DNA of 50,108 bases from Deltaproteobacteria bacterium (GTDB lineage: Bacteria; Bdellovibrionota; FAC87; UBA2466): positions 1-50,108 of the forward strand of contig JAYVQZ010000444.1 in the NCBI GenBank assembly GCA_043776735.1, read 5' to 3'. Positions 36,305 to 46,149 of the stretch are shown here, piece by piece (the first letter of the stretch is position 1; the number at the start of each line of letters is the position of its first letter). Position numbers and translations under genes: made by a program. The notes beneath the pieces were generated by a model. It had not been told where the DNA came from and made no database searches. It saw only the letters and a program-made list of their open reading frames with translations.

Positions 36305-37810
36305 ATGCATCGTTATATTCTTTCTATCGACCAAGGTACTACCGGAACCACCGCAATGCTATTGGACCGCGAGATGGTCATTCATGGCAGGGCGAATGTA
36401 GAGTTCCCCCAACACTTTCCCCAGGCAAACTGGGTGGAACACGACTTGGATGAAATCTGGGCCTCGGTTGGGAAAGCCATTTCGTTAGCGCTGGAACAAA
36501 AAGGCGTTCGTCCCGAGGAGATTGCAGGGATCGGTATTACCAATCAAAGAGAGACTACCTGCCTGTGGTATCGGGGTCGGGATGCCACCCCTGTGACTCG
36601 GGCGATTGTATGGCAAGATCGGCGCACCGCCGACGTTTGCGCAAAAATGCGGGCGAGAGGCCTAGAGAAAAGTATTCAGAAAAAGACGGGCCTGCTATTG
36701 GACCCTTACTTCAGTGCCACTAAACTGGAGTGGATTCTTAAGAATATTCCAGGAGCCATGGCGAAGGCCAAGATTGGCGAAGTCGCTTTCGGCACTATCG
36801 ATAGTTACCTTCTCTATCGAATGACGGGAAAGCACGCGACGGATGTTTCCAATGCTAGCCGAACCCTTCTAATGGACATAAAAAAATGCGAATGGGATGA
36901 GGACCTCCTTAAGCTATTTAAAATTCCCAGAGCCGTTCTTCCGCAGATTCTTCCCAGCGCCGTTGAGTATGGCCGAACAAAAAACTTTTTTAATCTTCCT
37001 GACGGCATTCCAGTCACGGGAATTGCCGGCGACCAACAGGCGGCACTCTTTGGACAAGCTTGTTTCTCAAAGGGCTCTGTGAAGTGCACCTACGGCACGG
37101 GTGCATTTATCGTGGCTAACACAGGAAAGACCCCGGTTTTTTCCAAACATCGGTTGCTTACCACCGTATGTTGGAAGCTTGGAGACGAAGTTACCTATGG
37201 TTTGGAGGGAAGCGCTTTTATTGCCGGAGCCGCCGTTCAGTGGCTTCGTGATGGGTTAAAACTACTCACCAAATCAGAGGACATTGAAAAGTACGCGGGC
37301 GAAGTTACCAGCTCCGATGGGGTCCTTTTCGTTCCCGCCCTTTCGGGTTTTGGCGCCCCCCATTGGCTGGCCAATGCGACCGGGCTTATCACCGGCCTTA
37401 CCCGTCGCACCACCCGAGGTCACCTTTGTCGGGCTACGCTTGAGGGAGTGGGTTATCAAGTGGCAGAGTTGCTTGAGGCAATGGGAGAAGATCTTAATAA
37501 AAACCTAGGTCCCATACGAGTCGATGGGGGGGCTTCGGCAGACAATATTTTAATGCAGTTTCAGGCAGACCTTTTGGGCACTGATGTCATTCGATCCGCC
37601 ATTGTCGAGACCACTGCATTAGGTGCAGGCCTCCAAGCCGGGTTGGCCTTGGGTTATTGGAAAAATCTGGCGGATATTCAAAAGAGCTGGAAAGCCTCTT
37701 CGACTTTGCGATCTCAGATCACCGCGAAAAATCGAAGGGCGCTACGACTAAAGTGGGATCATGCGGTGGAGGCGGTACGCCTTCTTTCCGGAGAAAAGAA
37801 ACGAAAATAG
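36305..37810 (+). CDS. glpK: Glycerol kinase
   Basis: YILSIDQGTTGTTAML, ITNQRETT..W, AGDQQAALFGQ, FGGK-family C-domain VDGGAS.N. I use ATG 36305; the track ORF starts at 36269. Confidence 0.95.
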   Translation: MHRYILSIDQGTTGTTAMLLDREMVIHGRANVEFPQHFPQANWVEHDLDEIWASVGKAISLALEQKGVRPEEIAGIGITNQRETTCLWYRGRDATPVTRAIVWQDRRTADVCAKMRARGLEKSIQKKTGLLLDPYFSATKLEWILKNIPGAMAKAKIGEVAFGTIDSYLLYRMTGKHATDVSNASRTLLMDIKKCEWDEDLLKLFKIPRAVLPQILPSAVEYGRTKNFFNLPDGIPVTGIAGDQQAALFGQACFSKGSVKCTYGTGAFIVANTGKTPVFSKHRLLTTVCWKLGDEVTYGLEGSAFIAGAAVQWLRDGLKLLTKSEDIEKYAGEVTSSDGVLFVPALSGFGAPHWLANATGLITGLTRRTTRGHLCRATLEGVGYQVAELLEAMGEDLNKNLGPIRVDGGASADNILMQFQADLLGTDVIRSAIVETTALGAGLQAGLALGYWKNLADIQKSWKASSTLRSQITAKNRRALRLKWDHAVEAVRLLSGEKKRK

Positions 37811-37815
37811 GGTCC

Positions 37816-39903
37816 TTAAGGTTTTTCTATTTTTCGCGTTAGGTATTCCACGCCATCAATAGCGAAGTGATACCCCTTGGAGCTGGGGTTTTTTTCGAGC
37901 ACCGTGAGCTTTATTTTGTTGATCCCCGGTGTCAGTGCCACGCTGGAAAGACTTATCTTCGTGGGCTGCACTACCGACTCAAAAAGATCTGCGGTGGCTT
38001 CACTCTTATTTATTTCCATCTTCACTTTGGCAAAATCCGGTGCAGAGGTTAGCCAAAACGTGAGATCCACCAACCTGGTATCGTTACTTTTTAAATAGAA
38101 TTCAACTCCGGCTCCCGGCTTTTCCCCTTTAAAAAAGAGGTGATCATTGCTGTGCCAATGCCCTACAAAATTCGACATGTTCTGCAACTCAGCACTTCCA
38201 GTGCTGAAAAATATGATGTCTTTTGGTGAAAGATCAAAATAGCCGCTAGGCGCGGAGACGTTGAGAGTAGGAATCCACGCCATGTCTTCCAAGGCAATCC
38301 GCCGATTTCCTGCCTTTTCCGACTGAGTCACCAACCGATAAACCCAGCGATTGTCCTCAATGGGAAATTTCACAAATTCGATTTCAGGCACCTTTTTTTG
38401 AGCCTGCATAATAAAGCCATTGATGGGAACTTTGTTACTGATGGCAAAAAACGGCTTATCCAAATAGTAGGCTTTCGTAATGATTTCAGCAATCGTATCG
38501 CTACTTAGCCCCCAATTGGCGATGCCCCACGAGTTGACAAGTAAAATGGAAAGATCTTGGCGCATTTTATAATGCTTTTGAAAATAGTCGGCCAATGGAT
38601 AGTAGGTGCGCGAGTCGTCATCTAGGAAAGTGGCATCTTTAGGGAGCTTTGCAAAAAGTAAATGGGCAAACTTCTCGACATCGGAGAACCCTCGCTTATT
38701 GGGATTGGCGATGAATTCCGACTGTTGGTACACGTTTTCCGAGTAAATATTATTATAACGATGATGCCAAACGCTGTCGGGGTTAGCTGCCCAGGTGGCC
38801 ACATTCCCGTATAAAAAAGGCGGTACCACCAGAGAAAGTCCGATAAACACATATGTGGCGTATCTAGGCGCCGCCTGCGCGCGGGTACGCTTCAGTAATT
38901 CATGCAATGCCCGACTAGCAAAAAAGTGAAGAATCACGAACGACTCAAGAAGGAAGGCGTACTTATCCCAGGTGGGATAAAAGCAGAAATTTGTAGTGTT
39001 GATGAGGAGGGGAGCCATAATGCCCCAAAATGAGGCGCTCTTTGGCGACTCTTTATAAAGCAGGTAAATGCCTGCTGCTCCAAATAGAGTCATGTAAAGC
39101 GTAGGGGATTGAAACCACATGACATAGCTCGTCTCAGTGATCGAGCTCCAGAACTCTCCGCTGAAAAAAGTGCTCTCAAAACTTCCGACGAACGCCCCTT
39201 TAATCGTGACGGCAAAGGAGCCGGTTCGTCCCGCATCGCGAACGATGAGCGCAAGCCAAGGCAACATTCCGCCAACAGCAGCCAATCCGCAGTAAGGCAG
39301 AATCGGAACAAATTGTTTTTCGCGTTTGGCCGTGATTAAACCGGTGACTAAGACGCCAATGCAGACAAACCCCATTTGTACATGATTAAAAATCGAGAGA
39401 CCGGCAAAAAAGCAGAGCGCGTAAAGCCAGTTGTTTTTCTGAGTCCGCTCGAAACGGCGCCAACAATTTAGACAAACGGTTAATAGGAACGCACTGGCGG
39501 CATAGTTTTCAATCACCGTGCTATGCCACCAGAGTGAATGGCATAGCATTAGTAAAAGGGATCCAAAAATGGCGCTTACAACGGAACCCAACTCAAAAAG
39601 GAGTAACCAATAAAATGCGGCGATGGTAAGCGAACCGTAGAACACCGAAACCAGAGAGGCGCGGATAGCCAGTTCTTGGAATGGGAAAAGGGCATTAAAA
39701 ATCACTCCGGTAAGAACGGTCATGGGGTGATTGTTTACGTGAGACTCAAGTCCGGCTCGTTGAATATCATTGACCAGTAGAGCGGTATCACCGAAGCCAA
39801 TCGTTCGTGCCATCGTGGTGATATAAAAAAGAGGCGGGATAAAGAAAAACCCATAGCGTTTGAATAACGCCAAATATCGCGTAGGCATGAAGGTTGGCTC
39901 CAA
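37816..39903 (-). CDS. Polytopic membrane glycosyltransferase-like protein (DUF2723/PMT-like GT-C) with about 300-aa C-terminal soluble beta-rich domain
   Basis: About 11 predicted TMs. First-loop motif TIGFGDTALLVNDI at the position of the GT-C acidic motif. C-terminal non-membrane region. The start is 3 nt after the radA stop (or ATG 39888). Confidence 0.55.
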   Translation of the reverse strand: MEPTFMPTRYLALFKRYGFFFIPPLFYITTMARTIGFGDTALLVNDIQRAGLESHVNNHPMTVLTGVIFNALFPFQELAIRASLVSVFYGSLTIAAFYWLLLFELGSVVSAIFGSLLLMLCHSLWWHSTVIENYAASAFLLTVCLNCWRRFERTQKNNWLYALCFFAGLSIFNHVQMGFVCIGVLVTGLITAKREKQFVPILPYCGLAAVGGMLPWLALIVRDAGRTGSFAVTIKGAFVGSFESTFFSGEFWSSITETSYVMWFQSPTLYMTLFGAAGIYLLYKESPKSASFWGIMAPLLINTTNFCFYPTWDKYAFLLESFVILHFFASRALHELLKRTRAQAAPRYATYVFIGLSLVVPPFLYGNVATWAANPDSVWHHRYNNIYSENVYQQSEFIANPNKRGFSDVEKFAHLLFAKLPKDATFLDDDSRTYYPLADYFQKHYKMRQDLSILLVNSWGIANWGLSSDTIAEIITKAYYLDKPFFAISNKVPINGFIMQAQKKVPEIEFVKFPIEDNRWVYRLVTQSEKAGNRRIALEDMAWIPTLNVSAPSGYFDLSPKDIIFFSTGSAELQNMSNFVGHWHSNDHLFFKGEKPGAGVEFYLKSNDTRLVDLTFWLTSAPDFAKVKMEINKSEATADLFESVVQPTKISLSSVALTPGINKIKLTVLEKNPSSKGYHFAIDGVEYLTRKIEKP

Positions 39904-39906
39904 GTT

Positions 39907-41259
39907 CTATAACTTATCGGCAAGTTGCTGGATATTTTCGAGCGCGATTAACTCTAAAGGGGCAGATTCCAATTCTTTAACTACGCGCTGCGGCAGCACG
40001 GCCCTCGTAAAGCCAATGCGCGCCGCCTCTTTTATTCTATCAGCGGCACGAGGAATGCTTCGTATTTCACCGCCGAGTCCAATTTCCCCGAGAAAGAGCG
40101 TCTTCTCGTCCATTGGCGCTCCCCGAAAGCTCGAGATTAACGCGGCAGCAACGCCTAGATCGCAGGCGGTCTCTTGAACGCGAATCCCGCCCGCTACATT
40201 AACGAAAATGTCTTGGTCAAAGAGACGAAAGCCACCCCGCTTCTCTAAAATAGCAATGAGCAGTGCCACGCGATTGGGATCGAGTCCAATCGTCGTCCGC
40301 CGGGGCATGGGCAAAGACGATTGGGATACCAACGCCTGAATTTCGATAAGGATAGAACGGGAGCCTTCCAACGTCGCAACAATGGCAGAACCAGGAGATT
40401 TTTCAGGCCGTTCAGAAAGAAAAAGTTCTGACGGGTTGGTGACTTCGCGCATTCCCTTGCCGGTCATTTCAAAAAGACCGATTTCATGGGTAGAGCCAAA
40501 ACGATTCTTCATTGAGCGAAGAAGGCGTAACGATTGAGAAGGCGTGGTTTCAAAATAAAGAACCGCATCCACCATGTGCTCAAGCAATTTGGGGCCGGCG
40601 ATAGTCCCCTCCTTAGTCACATGGCCAACCAGGAACGTTGCCATGTTGCTGGCCTTGGACCAATTTACCACGCGAAAGGTACATTCGCGTAATTGCCCCA
40701 CACTGCCGGGTTGCGATTCTATTTCAGAGGAATAGGTGGTCTGAATGGAATCCAAAATCAGAATTTTTGGTTTTACTACGTCGACATGTTTTTGAATTGT
40801 CTCTAAGTCGGTGGCGGAGACTACGAGTAGATTATCTGACTCCACTCCCACACGCTCCGATCGCAATGCAATCTGAGACATTGATTCTTCCCCGGTGACG
40901 TAGAGAACTTTTATTCCACGCCTGGCGTAGTTTTCAGACACTTGAAGAAGGAGGGTCGATTTTCCAATTCCGGGTTCGCCTCCCAATAGGATCACTGAGC
41001 CGGGAACAAGCCCCCCGCCCAAGACGTTGTCCAACTCCAACATATCGGATTTGATTCTGGGAAAGTCCTCAGGCGAAATTTCAGTGATGGGCCGCGGTGC
41101 ATCAATTTCTCGGGAGAGGTGGACGCCTCTCTTCTTTTGCTCCTTGGTCACACGCTCCTCAACCAGTGTATTCCACGCGCCGCAGTCAGTGCAGCGTCCC
41201 TGCCATTTTGGAAAACACTGCCCGCAGCCTTGGCAAAAAAATTGGGTTGTCGCTTTCAT
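39907..41259 (-). CDS. radA: DNA repair protein RadA/Sms
   Basis: Zinc finger CQGCG...CTDCGAWNT, Walker A GGEPGIGKST, KNRFG motif, Lon-like C-domain. I use ATG 41259 (MKATTQFFC); the track start at 41295 is a TTG. Confidence 0.95.
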   Translation of the reverse strand: MKATTQFFCQGCGQCFPKWQGRCTDCGAWNTLVEERVTKEQKKRGVHLSREIDAPRPITEISPEDFPRIKSDMLELDNVLGGGLVPGSVILLGGEPGIGKSTLLLQVSENYARRGIKVLYVTGEESMSQIALRSERVGVESDNLLVVSATDLETIQKHVDVVKPKILILDSIQTTYSSEIESQPGSVGQLRECTFRVVNWSKASNMATFLVGHVTKEGTIAGPKLLEHMVDAVLYFETTPSQSLRLLRSMKNRFGSTHEIGLFEMTGKGMREVTNPSELFLSERPEKSPGSAIVATLEGSRSILIEIQALVSQSSLPMPRRTTIGLDPNRVALLIAILEKRGGFRLFDQDIFVNVAGGIRVQETACDLGVAAALISSFRGAPMDEKTLFLGEIGLGGEIRSIPRAADRIKEAARIGFTRAVLPQRVVKELESAPLELIALENIQQLADKL

Positions 41260-41467
41260 TTCTTCTACCCCATAGGGGTTCACAAACTCTGTCAAGCCAA
41301 CGTGGTGGGCGTTATTGAGACCGTCAAAATTCGCGCATTGTGTTTTTCAATGGGTTCGTTAAACTAAAAATAGAGGGGATAAGTCCCCGCTCACTTCACC
41401 GTCAGGCCCAACCTCCGTTGTACTAGGGGCCGACCTCAAACAAACAACCTACTTAAAAAAATCACTT

Positions 41468-42301
41468 ATGCAGACGATCAAATCGGAGCTTCTCGAGCTT
41501 CTACGTCGCCACGATCTCCTCAAGGCCGCCTTGTTCGTGGGGAAGATTCAGGACGCGAACTTCTCCATTGATTACCACTACGAAAAGATCATGGAATTGG
41601 CAGCCCAAGTTTGGCACCGCTGCTCAAGTTCCAAGGATGACGTGGTGCTAAAGGCAAAAGAGATCACCAACGCGCTTTTCCATGATTTCAACATGGTGGG
41701 GAAAAGTGAGAAGGAAAAAAGCACAATTGATGATCCCCATCGTTACTATCTGCATTCTGTGATGGATCGTAAAGTGGGAAGCCCTCTAGCGCTTACCATT
41801 CTGTATTCGATTCTCGCCGATCAAGTGGGTTTAAAGTACGAGTGCCTGGCAATGCCCACATACTACTTGATAAAAATCACAGACGTTACTGGTGATATTT
41901 TTATCGATCCATACGACGGAGGTCGTTTTATTAATCCTGAAGAGTTCCAAAAAAAGATGCGCTCAGCGATTCACCGGAGCAAACTTCTGTCGGCAAGCCT
42001 CTTTGAACGAGTAAATTCTCAACAGTTGGTGGCTCGGCTGGTTCAGCAGTTAAAGCATATTTATATTTTAAAGAGTAAGGCGCCCGAAGCTCTCCGCGCC
42101 GTGGAGCTGCTTACCGGCCTCTTTCCCCGCTCTCCTGAACTTGCTCGCGATCGAGGGATTCTCTACTGCGAGATAGAATACTTCTCAAAGGCCGTAGAAG
42201 ATCTTCGATTTTATCTAACACAGCGGCCCAACGCGAGCGACGTCAACGAGATTAAGAAACTCGCCAGCATGCTAAAGGGCTGTCGCGAAATAATAAATTA
42301 A
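41468..42301 (+). CDS. SirB1/YchA-like transglutaminase-fold + TPR protein (UPF0162)
   Basis: VGSPLALTILYSILADQVGL, FIDPYDGGRFI, C-terminal RDRGILYCEIEYFSKAVEDL, parallel to E. coli SirB1 RDRGLIY. Confidence 0.7.
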   Translation: MQTIKSELLELLRRHDLLKAALFVGKIQDANFSIDYHYEKIMELAAQVWHRCSSSKDDVVLKAKEITNALFHDFNMVGKSEKEKSTIDDPHRYYLHSVMDRKVGSPLALTILYSILADQVGLKYECLAMPTYYLIKITDVTGDIFIDPYDGGRFINPEEFQKKMRSAIHRSKLLSASLFERVNSQQLVARLVQQLKHIYILKSKAPEALRAVELLTGLFPRSPELARDRGILYCEIEYFSKAVEDLRFYLTQRPNASDVNEIKKLASMLKGCREIIN

Positions 42302-42320
42302 ACCCCGATAACCGAATCGC

Positions 42321-43244
42321 CTAAAGAGCAATCTCTCGGACTTTTGCCACAATGCACTTTGCAGAGAAACCATATTTATCATAAAGCTCTTTAGGATCCC
42401 CTGACTCGCCGTACGTATCTTGCAGCCCAAGTCGCACCAGCTTGCAGCTTAGCCCTTCTTCGGCCAACACTTCGGCCACCGCAGAACCAAGGCCGCCTAT
42501 CACCATGTGATCTTCAATGGTGAAAATGTATTTGCACTGCTTCCCCAGACTTCGCACCAAAGCTCGATCTATGGGCTTAATGGTGTGCATGTCCACAACC
42601 CAAGGACTCAGCCCAGTCAGCTCTTCACTAGCCTTCATTGCCTCATTTACGCCAGCGCCAGTTCCAATTAGAGCAAGATCTTTTCCTTCTTTCAGAAGAA
42701 TGCCCCGGCCCATTTGAAATACCCCTGGAGATCGATAGAGCGAGGGGAGTTTTTGTCGCGTAAGCCGCAAATAAACTGGGCCTTGGTGTTCCACTGCAAA
42801 TCGGACTGCTGCCTGAGTGGTGGCTTCGTCGGCTGGATTTAAAATGACCATTCCCGGCAGTCCACGCAAGACATTCATGTCCTCAAGACCCATCTGAGTA
42901 TAGCCATCGTCGCCGATGCCAAGTCCTGCATGCGTGCCTACCAACTTAACGTTAGCTCGAGAGTACCCCACAGAAACGCGAATGGTCTCGTAGCGCGTTG
43001 CCAAAAAAGCGCCAAAACTACAGCAAAAGGGAATCAGCCCCGTAAACGCCATGCCGGCGGCCGTTCCTATCATGTTGCTTTCGGCAATTCCCATTTGGAA
43101 AAAGCGATCGGGATACGCCTTTGCGAAAATAGCGCTCTTAGTACTGCAGCTTAGGTCAGCATCCAAAACAACGATATTGGGGAATTCGCTCCCTAGCTGT
43201 TTAAGTGCTTCTCCAAAAGCGTCTCGTGTTGCTCGCTCAGACAT
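42321..43244 (-). CDS. Transketolase, C-terminal (pyrimidine-binding) subunit
   Basis: RDAFGEAL, FQMGIAESNMIG, HAGLGIGDDGYTQ. ATG 43244 overlaps the N-subunit stop by 8 nt. Confidence 0.9.
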   Translation of the reverse strand: MSERATRDAFGEALKQLGSEFPNIVVLDADLSCSTKSAIFAKAYPDRFFQMGIAESNMIGTAAGMAFTGLIPFCCSFGAFLATRYETIRVSVGYSRANVKLVGTHAGLGIGDDGYTQMGLEDMNVLRGLPGMVILNPADEATTQAAVRFAVEHQGPVYLRLTRQKLPSLYRSPGVFQMGRGILLKEGKDLALIGTGAGVNEAMKASEELTGLSPWVVDMHTIKPIDRALVRSLGKQCKYIFTIEDHMVIGGLGSAVAEVLAEEGLSCKLVRLGLQDTYGESGDPKELYDKYGFSAKCIVAKVREIAL

Positions 43245-44094
43245 GACGGCCTCCTGCGGCATCCAATTCAACTAGGCAACGCTCAAGCTCTTCGGGGGTC
43301 GGTGCTACTCCGTGCCAGCCGATTTTGCCTTCCATAAAGGAGATGCCTTTGCCCTTAACCGTATTGGCAACGATCATCGTCGGCCGTGATTCTTCTTTCT
43401 TGGCCTTGTCTAAGGCACCAAGCAATTGTGTAAAATCGTGGCCATCAATCTCTTGAACCGCCCAACGGAAAGCTTCCCATTTCTCCTTAAGGGGGTGGAT
43501 GTCCATCACTTCTTCCACTCGACCGTCAATTTGACCCTTGTTGTGGTCTAAGAAAACGATGAGGTTGTTAAGCTTGAATTTGGGGGCGGACATTGCCGTT
43601 TCCCAAATCTGGCCTTCTTGAGATTCCCCATCGCCAATGACACAAAACACTCGAGCGTCTTTCTTTTGGTGCTTCAATGCTAGCGCGATGCCTTGGGCAA
43701 TCGAAAGGCCCTGGCCCAAAGAGCCGGTTGAGGCCTCAACTACGGGCATTAAAAACCGATCGGGATGCCCTTGAAGCCGCGAATTGGTCATTCGCAGAGT
43801 CATAAGATCTTCTTCCTGTAAACTCCCTTTTTGAGCCAAAATGGCATAAAGAGCTGGTACGCCATGTCCCTTTGAAAGGATGAACCTATCTCGGTCCTCC
43901 CAGGAAGGGTCCTCGGGCTTCATTCGGATTTCTGTAAAAAACAGAGCCACTAGGATGTCGATGAGCGAAAGCGAGCCGCCGGGATGACCCGACTTAGCCT
44001 TCGTAATCATCTGGAGTATCTGTTTGCGGCATGAGACCGCGATTTTCTGGAGTTCAGCTAGGGAAGGTTTTTCCAACATGACGGGAAGATGCAT
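43237..44094 (-). CDS. Transketolase, N-terminal (TPP-binding) subunit
   Basis: SGHPGGSLS, LSKGH, GSLGQGLS, GDGESQEGQIWE. Confidence 0.9.
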   Translation of the reverse strand: MHLPVMLEKPSLAELQKIAVSCRKQILQMITKAKSGHPGGSLSLIDILVALFFTEIRMKPEDPSWEDRDRFILSKGHGVPALYAILAQKGSLQEEDLMTLRMTNSRLQGHPDRFLMPVVEASTGSLGQGLSIAQGIALALKHQKKDARVFCVIGDGESQEGQIWETAMSAPKFKLNNLIVFLDHNKGQIDGRVEEVMDIHPLKEKWEAFRWAVQEIDGHDFTQLLGALDKAKKEESRPTMIVANTVKGKGISFMEGKIGWHGVAPTPEELERCLVELDAAGGRHV

Positions 44095-44158
44095 GAACCT
44101 AACCGCATTTTCAACCCTTCCCCTTGCAGAAATTTTAAGGCTCCGCTAGTTTCGCGCC

Positions 44159-44899
44159 GTGTCCGGATTTTTCGCCCTATTTTCAGCTCTTAGCGCCATT
44201 CTCCTGGTTACGTCCTTAGGTACCGGTTTGACCGGAATCGCCTTATTTGGCGTTTCTCATCTGATGTGGGGCCTGGGCTCAGTGCTTTTGGCGGTCTCTG
44301 TTCATTGTTTAATCTTTGGCATTTTCACGGGAGCAGGTAAAGACGCCCGGGAGCTGTCCCAAGACCTTAAATTGGATACTGACCTGTCGCTACGCATTAA
44401 AGCGTTCCGTAAAGACGTATTCCCGCCGGCCCTTTACAGCATATTGCTATTAGTAGTGGGCGCTGTAATGGGGGGGGCTGCCCATACGCCCACCATGGCT
44501 CGGGTTCACATGGCCATTATGATTTTTACCGTAGCCTACAATCTCAAATCCTTTTGGACGGAATACCGTGCCGTTGCCGAAAACGGTCGTTTGGTGCGTG
44601 CTTTAAATGAGTTGGCCAGTAATGCGCCGGCAGAACTAAGTACCGCGGCGCCAAAGGAACTTGAGATTCTTAACTCCGCCACTGAAGAGCTTGATTGGGG
44701 AACCCACGTTTTCGCCTTAGGCAGCTTCTTGGTCTTTATGGGGATGAACGTTTGGCTTCCCTACCTCTATTTTCGCTTTGTCGTAGGGTACTTCTTATTG
44801 CCGCTATGGCCTTTTTTATTAGGCTCCGGTTTGCTTATCGGCGGCGGTTTTTACCTGCGGAAGCGCTATGGTGCGTTTCGCCCTTCGTTGAAGCAGTAG
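44159..44899 (+). CDS. Hypothetical polytopic membrane protein
   Basis: GTG start. About 6 hydrophobic helices. No recognisable motif. The last 65 nt overlap the convergent rhomboid gene. Confidence 0.5.
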   Translation: MSGFFALFSALSAILLVTSLGTGLTGIALFGVSHLMWGLGSVLLAVSVHCLIFGIFTGAGKDARELSQDLKLDTDLSLRIKAFRKDVFPPALYSILLLVVGAVMGGAAHTPTMARVHMAIMIFTVAYNLKSFWTEYRAVAENGRLVRALNELASNAPAELSTAAPKELEILNSATEELDWGTHVFALGSFLVFMGMNVWLPYLYFRFVVGYFLLPLWPFLLGSGLLIGGGFYLRKRYGAFRPSLKQ

Positions 44900-46142
44900 C
44901 CTTGGCTCCGTCACTAAAGCTAGAAAGCTTTCCTAGTAGTAATTCAATTTTTCGGCCGGCCTCGCTCTCAGGAGGAAGCGCCTTTTGGTATTGGCGCACT
45001 AGTTCCACGATAAGGGGCTGTTCTTCTTGATTGGTTAGTCTCTTAGCAAGTCGAATTATGCTGTCATAAGGGAGAGCACTTAACCATTTAGCGGGAAGCG
45101 GTTTCTTCTTGTTGAGCAGCTCTACAATCACAGCCTTCATGTCGTCGGTGCGGAGACGGATAAACGTGGGAGAGAAAAAGGCGAATATTTTTTCTCGATC
45201 GGTATCGCCAAGAATATCGCAATTTTTTGCGGTGAGTTGGCAGACCTTCGATTTGATTTTGTCGTTGTAGCGGTTGATTTCAAGCAGATCCATCCAAGTG
45301 GAAAGCGGGGTAAACACCGGATCAAAAATTTTGGGGCGCACCAAACGCGCCCAATAAAGGAATTCTCCGCGCGTGTGAATAAAGACCGGCCAACGTTGAA
45401 AAAAACGCAGGAAAAAGGCCAGTATCATACCCGTACTAAAACCGACAACATGTGCAATGTGATCTACGCTGTCGAGACGATTTAGAGCTGGCATGAGCTG
45501 AGAAACCGAGAACATCAATTCCAGCATCAACACGTCAAAAAAGAAAAACCAACTAGTCTTGAGGTTGATAAAGCCTCGCTTGCTTGGAAACCAAAAGAAA
45601 TACCGGGTTCTATAATGGAAGTTGTAAATGTAGTAGGCACCCATCAGTGCGAATAATCCACCGCTGGAGCCTACGTGGGGAATGTATCCCGAGCTTTCTG
45701 TGGAGACTAAAATACTAAAGAGGAGCCCAAGGCTTCCTCCGATAATGAAAATGGCGAATGCGCACAAAAAGGGGATGAACGTCGAGCAGATTCTAACTCC
45801 GGCAAAAATGCCAATCAGATTCAGACTGAGGTGGAGGAGACTACCGTGAATAAAATTGGCGTAGAGAAGCCGTTTTACGTCCCAATCTGCTTTTGCTGGG
45901 GCGATGCGAAGCAACGGGCGTAACTTTAAAAAGTCAGCCGCATTTCTCTCAAAGGTGGGCGCGCCTGACTGTTCGGTGAGAAGATAGTTTTGAAGACTCT
46001 CAATGTAGTCCGCGTCTTTACGGATCATGTCGGAGGTTTCTAAAAAGGCGATCCCCAACAATATGACGAGCACAAGGCTTGGCCAGAGCATGGGGGCTCG
46101 GCCTTTAGGGACTTCCGGCGTAACTGGCACCAGGAGAATCAT
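44835..46142 (-). CDS. Rhomboid-family intramembrane serine protease with about 170-aa C-terminal cytoplasmic extension
   Basis: HGSLLHLSLNLIG (HxxxN), catalytic GSSGGLFALMGAY (GxSG) and AHVVGFSTG (His). ATG 46142 with AGGAG 4-5 nt upstream (track start GTG 46160). Confidence 0.8.
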   Translation of the reverse strand: MILLVPVTPEVPKGRAPMLWPSLVLVILLGIAFLETSDMIRKDADYIESLQNYLLTEQSGAPTFERNAADFLKLRPLLRIAPAKADWDVKRLLYANFIHGSLLHLSLNLIGIFAGVRICSTFIPFLCAFAIFIIGGSLGLLFSILVSTESSGYIPHVGSSGGLFALMGAYYIYNFHYRTRYFFWFPSKRGFINLKTSWFFFFDVLMLELMFSVSQLMPALNRLDSVDHIAHVVGFSTGMILAFFLRFFQRWPVFIHTRGEFLYWARLVRPKIFDPVFTPLSTWMDLLEINRYNDKIKSKVCQLTAKNCDILGDTDREKIFAFFSPTFIRLRTDDMKAVIVELLNKKKPLPAKWLSALPYDSIIRLAKRLTNQEEQPLIVELVRQYQKALPPESEAGRKIELLLGKLSSFSDGAKATASTKGETHHSASAGKNRRR

Positions 46143-46149
46143 TGCACTC

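Noticed and set aside
37802-37836. Imperfect inverted repeat (CGAAAATAG ... CTATTTTTCG) between convergent glpK and the DUF2723 gene, as a bidirectional terminator
   Set aside because: The stem has a bulge, is AT-rich and includes both stop codons. There is no clear flanking U-tract, so the evidence is too weak to call a terminator.
40254-40269. GCAA-N6-GTGCCA (sigma-54-like on the minus strand) inside radA
   Set aside because: Spacing is off by one, and the motif is in the middle of a coding region with no downstream gene start.
42321-44094. Transketolase encoded as two adjacent ORFs, which looks like a frameshifted pseudogene
   Set aside because: Split N- and C-terminal transketolase subunits with a short overlap are a well-known native architecture. 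Both halves have intact motifs, and the junction (ATGTCTGA) looks like translational coupling.
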